DNA of 64,000 bases from positions 9,732 to 73,731 of the forward strand of contig JBDRGY010000001.1 of NCBI GenBank assembly GCA_043817315.1, in the 5' to 3' direction. Positions within the stretch are counted from its first letter, which is position 1. Every line of letters begins with the position of its first letter. This stretch comes from Patescibacteria group bacterium. Lineage in GTDB: Bacteria > Patescibacteriota > Patescibacteriia > JBDRGY01. This document shows positions 59,551-64,000 of the stretch, piece after piece. Under the pieces are notes generated by a model. The model ran no database searches, was not told the origin of the DNA, and was given only the letters and a program-made list of their open reading frames with translations. Made by a program: the position numbers and the translations under genes.

Positions 59551-60195
59551 TCAAGCTGCTGCCTCCACTTTGCCACCAATTGGCCATTTGGCACGGGCTT
59601 CCTCGGGCGGTGTCGGTTGTAAGCAGTATGCTTCGAAGGTAACTAGCCCCAGTTTGTTGCCGAACCAGCGGTAGATTTGGTAGGTTCGTTTACCATCCCT
59701 GACTCTGGCATCAAACCTGGCAAAAACTGGTACGTCCCTGTAAGCAGCATTCCGCACCGTGATGATGACGCCATCGGGGGTTACCCGGGTACCCTGGACT
59801 TTGCCACTGACTAGTACACCTACCCGGCCGCCGCGTTGGCGATCCTTCCTGCGCAGAGATTCGGGTACGGGAGTATCTGATATTTGAATGATGGTTTCCC
59901 TGGGCATAGTTGAAAAGGGTAGGGTGTAGCCTGGACCCAGGGCACAGACATCGTACCAGTCCAGCCATTCCTCAGATCCAGGTTCCTGGAACTGGACAAA
60001 ACGGGTGCTCCTGGAATTAACCACTGAACCGTCACAGCAATTCATGTGGATGCTATATCCCTTTTTATCAGAATTCCACAGGATGGAACCGGTTCCAGAA
60101 TGTCCTTGGTACTCCCATTCTTTCACGCACTTGTCGGCGACAGCGTCCCAGATACGTAGATGCCAGCCTTTACCGACTTGCTTTCTCTCGGGCAT
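59551..60195 (-). CDS. island gene A, hypothetical (214 aa), paralog of gene E
   Basis: ORF. Motifs WHLRIWDAVA and SEEWLDWYDV match WSIRIWNADQ and SDDWLEWQQV of gene E. Confidence 0.45.
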   Translation of the reverse strand: MPERKQVGKGWHLRIWDAVADKCVKEWEYQGHSGTGSILWNSDKKGYSIHMNCCDGSVVNSRSTRFVQFQEPGSEEWLDWYDVCALGPGYTLPFSTMPRETIIQISDTPVPESLRRKDRQRGGRVGVLVSGKVQGTRVTPDGVIITVRNAAYRDVPVFARFDARVRDGKRTYQIYRWFGNKLGLVTFEAYCLQPTPPEEARAKWPIGGKVEAAA

Positions 60196-60337
60196 CAGTT
60201 ATCCCTTTCGGCGCTGGCGCCAGCCTTCGGGTCGTTTACTGCCTCGATTCCTTCTAGAGGTGATTCCTAGTGAACTGTGGGTCAGGGTTAACCAGTTACC
60301 GTTTCGCGAAAGAAATTTCAGACATAGGTAACCAGGA

Positions 60338-60514
60338 TCACTGAAGTTGTTGTTTGGATTTATCTGATACACTATCGCGTCTTCGTATCATCATGACGGA
60401 TACTTTCTCACCTTCGATTTGATAACCGCCGTAATGTCCATGAGCTACTGGTTCTCCGACATTACTATCAAGGACACGAAGACGGGTTACGCCCTTGACC
60501 ACTTGTTTTCCCAT
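60338..60514 (-). CDS. island gene L, small hypothetical (58 aa, below track cutoff): MGKQVVKGVTRLRVLDSNVGEPVAHGHYGGYQIEGEKVSVMMIRRRDSVSDKSKQQLQ
   Basis: Hand translation. RBS ggaggg precedes the ATG at 60514. Confidence 0.4.
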   Translation of the reverse strand: MGKQVVKGVTRLRVLDSNVGEPVAHGHYGGYQIEGEKVSVMMIRRRDSVSDKSKQQLQ

Positions 60515-60560
60515 TTGGCACCCTCCAGCTTAGGTACTTAAATAAAGAACGAATTTATAT

Positions 60561-60589
60561 ATCTTATTAAATAGGTTATACTTAGTCAA
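60561..60589 (-). promoter_or_regulatory. island promoter P_L (TTGACT-17-TAAGAT, minus strand)
   Basis: Reverse complement reads ttgactaagtataacctatttaataagat. Confidence 0.5.
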
Positions 60590-60596
60590 GTGGCAC

Positions 60597-60633
60597 AATA
60601 AAAATAGGCCCTGCCAGTTTAGCCTGACAGGGC
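60597..60633 (-). terminator. island terminator T6 (minus strand)
   Basis: Plus-strand aataaaaatag + gccctgccagtttagcctgacagggc. Confidence 0.6.
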
Positions 60634-60652
60634 AAAGAACAGATGGAGGTCC

Positions 60653-60937
60653 TTAGTCGATACAGCCGAGGGCGATGAGGGTCTGACGACTCAGGCGAAT
60701 ACAGCCGAGGTCAGGATCTTCACAGTGCATCTCCCTGGCACCGTTGGCCCAGAGAGTGGCATCATGCATCACTTCGATGGACTGTACGCGGCCATTCTCA
60801 GTGATTTTAAAGAAGGTGCGGCCGTCACGGGCCGATATGTCCGATAAAGTCATGGGAAAGGCCCGTGGTACAAATTCCTCGCGGGCAGTGTCGTAGAGCC
60901 GGAGCCTGGAGCCCGGTTTCAACCTGCCTGTGCACAT
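60653..60937 (-). CDS. island gene K, hypothetical (94 aa)
   Basis: ORF with an upstream divergent intergenic region. Confidence 0.4.
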   Translation of the reverse strand: MCTGRLKPGSRLRLYDTAREEFVPRAFPMTLSDISARDGRTFFKITENGRVQSIEVMHDATLWANGAREMHCEDPDLGCIRLSRQTLIALGCID

Positions 60938-61085
60938 GAGTTACCTCCGTGGGCGTTTTCAAGGAATTCCCCGAAAACAAGCCAAAAGTGCCCTTATTTA
61001 TCCACAACAATTATTAATGATATCAGAAATTGCTAATGTTAGCAATTATCATATCAAGTATGACAATTAGGAAAGGAAAAACTTT

Positions 61086-61388
61086 ATGAACGGACAAAAT
61101 CCCCAGCAGCAACAGCAAATCCAGATCAAAATCCCCGATGAGGTATTAAAGGGTTTTCACGCTAATATGATGGCTGTGGCCCACTCCAAAGAAGAATTTG
61201 TGTTGGATTATATCAACGTTTATCCGTGGCAGAAATCCGGTATTGTGGGCGCGCGAATAATTTTGACGCCGGGACATCTGAAACGAATCATCTCCGCCTT
61301 AGCCGAAAATCTGAAAAAGTACGAAAAACAATTTGGCAAGATTGAAGAAGCTAAAGCACCCTCTGAAGAGATTGGCTTCAAAACCTAG
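61086..61388 (+). CDS. hypothetical protein (100 aa, Gln-rich N-terminus)
   Basis: AT-rich ORF. Palindrome attgctaa-tg-ttagcaat in its upstream region (61039-61056). Confidence 0.4.
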   Translation: MNGQNPQQQQQIQIKIPDEVLKGFHANMMAVAHSKEEFVLDYINVYPWQKSGIVGARIILTPGHLKRIISALAENLKKYEKQFGKIEEAKAPSEEIGFKT

Positions 61389-61424
61389 ATTGAAAAAAAC
61401 CCCAATTTCCGCTAAAATTAGTAT

Positions 61425-62462
61425 ATGACTAATAAAACATTGATCAAAGAGATTTCTTTAGGATTGATGACTTTAATAATAGCCATCTTTTTTTGGCTGG
61501 CGGTTTTTGCCGCTTTTCAGATGGAGTTTGCTTTCGATACCTTGAGCTTAGTTGGTTGGAGCTCTTTGGTATATTCTTTGCTGGCCTTTTGTCTGCTGCT
61601 CACTTTTTTGGGAATTTTTGGCACCTTAGTGCGCAACAAAATGGTTGTTTATCTAACCGTTTTTTTAGTAGCCGTAGTGCCTTTCTTCTTTTTCATCAAA
61701 GGTTATTATTCACTATTCATCATAGTCAGTTGTACTATGATGTTTTGGTTTTACACTAAGTATTGTCGTGATGAAACGGATGGACGGTATAAATTCTCCA
61801 TTGTACGCAGTACTTATTTTGGTCTGCCGCTGGTGGTTATTGTATTATTAATTGCTCTGTCTCTAAGCTATTACGTAGCTATGACCCATGACGATGAAGA
61901 CGGCACCAAGCTAAAAGATAGCATTAATACCATTGTTCTCAATTCTTTAAACAAAGTAATGGAGAGCCGGATGGAAGACTATGACCCCAATATGGCTCTG
62001 GATGACTGGTTGGGTAATCTGCAGATTCAGGAAGTCTTTAGTACTTTGCCTGAGTTTCTGGGACCTGAAGTTATCTCCGAAGATTTAAAGAATGAGATCG
62101 AACAATCAGCCGAGTATCAAGAAGCATTATCCGAGGCTGAAGAACAGGCCAAGGCAGAAGTGATTGTAAGCCTGCGCAACGAATTTCTAAAACAATTTGA
62201 AATTGAAGCCGAAGGAAGTGATCCTATTTCTGAAGTTCTAACCAAATGGGTGGACCAGACCATCGGTGATTTTGTAACTCCTTATACCAAATTTATTCCG
62301 CCCGTTTTGGCTATCTCCTTATTTCTCGTTCTTAGATTACTCACCCCAATATATATTGCCATTGCCCGTTTCTTCCAGTGGATAATCTTCAGCTTGCTAC
62401 TCAAATCAGGATTTATTCATATTAAGAAGGAAAAGAAAGAAGTGGAAATTGTGGGGTTATAA
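61425..62462 (+). CDS. hypothetical integral membrane protein (345 aa)
   Basis: Four to five TM segments in the N-terminal half, an acidic middle, and a TM segment at the C-terminus. Confidence 0.45.
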   Translation: MTNKTLIKEISLGLMTLIIAIFFWLAVFAAFQMEFAFDTLSLVGWSSLVYSLLAFCLLLTFLGIFGTLVRNKMVVYLTVFLVAVVPFFFFIKGYYSLFIIVSCTMMFWFYTKYCRDETDGRYKFSIVRSTYFGLPLVVIVLLIALSLSYYVAMTHDDEDGTKLKDSINTIVLNSLNKVMESRMEDYDPNMALDDWLGNLQIQEVFSTLPEFLGPEVISEDLKNEIEQSAEYQEALSEAEEQAKAEVIVSLRNEFLKQFEIEAEGSDPISEVLTKWVDQTIGDFVTPYTKFIPPVLAISLFLVLRLLTPIYIAIARFFQWIIFSLLLKSGFIHIKKEKKEVEIVGL

Positions 62463-62463
62463 C

Positions 62464-62492
62464 TTGACAGTAGATCGTTTTTTTGATAAATT
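62464..62492 (+). promoter_or_regulatory. promoter TTGACA-17-TAAATT
   Basis: cttgacagtagatcgtttttttgataaatt. Confidence 0.5.
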
Positions 62493-62499
62493 AGGTAAT

Positions 62500-62896
62500 T
62501 GTCAGCTGCGGCGAAGTTCAAAAGAAAGGAGGGATATTCGCCTAGGTGGGGACTTAACAACATGAACCCTGCTTCCTATAGGGAGGTTGCGGATGCCAAG
62601 AAGGAGCCGTTTCAGCAGGTCTACCTCTGTGGCCACTCTGGATCCTTGCCAGCACTGCAAGGGAACTCGGGCCACATTCAAGATGGGCGGTAACGCGGAG
62701 CACAGAGCAACGATTCTTGATCCGGATAGCGGACAGGTATCACTGGTTAGGGCAGGCCAGAAACCAGCCAAGGCAGTTCTGGGAAGGGTGAGCCGCAAAG
62801 GCCCCCTAACCGCTACCTTGGCGAATGGAATGCCCTGGAGATCCACTACCCAAGTGAAACAAATCCTACTAGAAGTACCCAAGTAGGGCTGACATA
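62500..62896 (+). ncRNA. candidate structured RNA, ~400 nt, GC-rich, possibly RNase P RNA-like (unverified); alternatively encodes an atypical 99-aa Arg-rich ORF (62587..62886)
   Basis: Bounded by a promoter and a strong terminator. The 5' tgtcagc (62500-06) can pair with the 3' gctgaca (62888-94), P1-like. The transcript contains the P3-like hairpin ggcgaa...ttcgcc, UAUAGGGAGG, GGGCGGUAACGCGGAGCACAGAGCAACG and GGGAAGGGUGAG, which resemble conserved RNase P RNA segments. Confidence 0.35.
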
Positions 62897-62905
62897 GCAG
62901 TAATC

Positions 62906-62948
62906 GAGGTGGGACCGAGCCAGGCTCGACCCACCTCAAATTTTTTTA
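62906..62948 (+). terminator. intrinsic terminator
   Basis: gaggtgggaccgagcc-agg-ctcgacccacctc followed by aaattttttt. Confidence 0.6.
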
Positions 62949-62963
62949 AAACATTTCTTCAAT

Positions 62964-64000
62964 ATGGCCAAGGATTACTACAATTTATTAGGCATAAACA
63001 AATCAGCTTCCGTGGCGGAAGTTAAAAAGGCTTTTCGCAAACTGGCCCATAAATACCACCCTGATAAAGGAGGAGGGGACGAGGCTAAGTTTAAAGAGAT
63101 TAACGAGGCCTATCAGGTTTTAAGTAATAAAGAGAAGCGGGCCCAATACGATCAATTCGGTACTACCTTTGAGGATGCAGCCAAAGGGGGGGCTGGTGGT
63201 TTTAATTGGCAGGATTTTACAGGAGGACAAACTGGGGGGTTTTCTGGCTTTGGAGGGGCGGGGGGACAGTATGGCGGGCAAGGAGCTAATTTCGATTTTG
63301 AAGACTTGGGCGACCTGTTTGGTGACATGTTTGGTTTCGGAGGAGGACGTCGCCGCAAGAGAGGGGGAGGTGCTTCCGATATTGCAGCAGAGCTTACTGT
63401 TGATTTTAATGATGCGGCTTTTGGGGCTGATAAAGTTTTGGATTTATACAAGGATATTATTTGTCCCAAGTGCAAAGGTAACAAAGCAGAACCTGGTTCT
63501 AAGATAGAAGATTGCAAAACTTGTGAAGGTTCCGGTCAAGTGCAGCAGGTGCAGCAAACTTTCCTGGGTGCTTTCCGTACTGTGGCCGCTTGCCCAGAAT
63601 GTCGGGGTGAAGGAAAATCCTATTCCCAAAAATGCAAGAAGTGCCAGGGTATCGGAGTGATAAAAGACAATAAAAGGATTAAGGTTAAAATACCTGCCGG
63701 CATAGACAACGGCCAGACAATTAGACTGGCTGGTGAAGGAGAAGCCAGTTCCACCGGGCAATCCGGAGATTTATTTTTAAGAGTTAACGTTAAACCACAC
63801 CCATCGTTGAAGCGGGTCGGTTACAACATTCATACGGAAAAAGAGATTACTATCTCCCAGGCCGTTTTGGGCGCCAAGGTGCCCATTGAGACTGTAGACG
63901 GTGAAGTAACACTAAAAATCCCTGCAGCCACCCCGGCTGGCAAAGTATTCAAACTGTCCGGAAAAGGAGTTACCAAATTAGGGGGCAGAGGTAAAGGGGA
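62964..64000 (+). CDS. dnaJ: molecular chaperone DnaJ (3' partial, runs off window)
   Basis: J domain MAKDYYNLLGINKSAS...KYHPDKG, a Gly/Phe-rich region, and four CxxCxGxG zinc-finger repeats. Confidence 0.9.
   Translation, partial: MAKDYYNLLGINKSASVAEVKKAFRKLAHKYHPDKGGGDEAKFKEINEAYQVLSNKEKRAQYDQFGTTFEDAAKGGAGGFNWQDFTGGQTGGFSGFGGAGGQYGGQGANFDFEDLGDLFGDMFGFGGGRRRKRGGGASDIAAELTVDFNDAAFGADKVLDLYKDIICPKCKGNKAEPGSKIEDCKTCEGSGQVQQVQQTFLGAFRTVAACPECRGEGKSYSQKCKKCQGIGVIKDNKRIKVKIPAGIDNGQTIRLAGEGEASSTGQSGDLFLRVNVKPHPSLKRVGYNIHTEKEITISQAVLGAKVPIETVDGEVTLKIPAATPAGKVFKLSGKGVTKLGGRGKG

Noticed and set aside
62587-62886. 99-aa ORF MRMPRRSRFSRS... inside the GC-rich transcript.
   Set aside because: Not fully rejected. 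It has a GGGAGG RBS, but the Arg-rich, hydrophobic-poor composition looks like translation of structured GC-rich RNA. It is reported as the alternative interpretation of the ncRNA candidate.

Overview
This is an AT-rich (roughly 40% GC by eye) bacterial chromosomal window. Gene content and layout resemble a small-genome, Patescibacteria/CPR-like organism; that is an inference from ribosomal protein L30 being absent between rpsE and rplO, from lysine-rich extensions on many ribosomal proteins, and from three small GIY-YIG genes.

Genes in order along the window:
- A rubrerythrin, reverse-rubrerythrin, desulfoferrodoxin and msrA oxidative-stress cluster.
- An M50 protease and a small GC-rich charged protein.
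- The str operon (rpsL-rpsG-fusA, an inserted hypothetical, then tuf).
- The S10-spc ribosomal protein cluster running rpsJ through rplO, then secY.
- An IS200-like REP-associated tyrosine transposase (RAYT) flanked by REP-like palindromes.
- A 1150-aa secreted papain-like protease with calcium-binding repeats.
- adk, a frameshifted map, ruvX, a wecA/mraY-family transferase, a GIY-YIG gene and rplU.
- recR, ybaB and dnaB on the minus strand.
- A tRNA-Lys locus in which a GIY-YIG gene sits between a disrupted duplicate of the tRNA 5' part and the intact tRNA.
- A GC-rich divergent OMP-decarboxylase-like gene with its own promoter, operator-like palindrome and terminator.
- A P-type ATPase, an EEP nuclease/phosphatase, asnS, three secreted or membrane hypotheticals, and a GAD-less aspS.
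- ybaK, scpA, scpB, a D-Ala-D-Ala carboxypeptidase, tpiA-fba-gap and tRNA-Glu.
- plsC, a GT4 glycosyltransferase, a perfect CIRCE operator before hrcA-grpE-hsp20, another GIY-YIG gene and dnaK.

The most striking region is a roughly 6 kb GC-rich block (about 55.0-61.0 kb) lying between dnaK and dnaJ. It holds 12 minus-strand genes of unknown function in six tidy transcription units. Each unit has a near-identical TTGACT-N17-TAAGAT/TATGAT promoter placed directly after the previous unit's GC-hairpin terminator, and the proteins include at least two paralogous families.

A promoter- and terminator-bounded GC-rich transcript of about 400 nt (62.50-62.90 kb) just upstream of dnaJ may be a structured RNA, possibly RNase P RNA-like. 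dnaJ runs off the window end. No CRISPR arrays or rRNA genes were seen.
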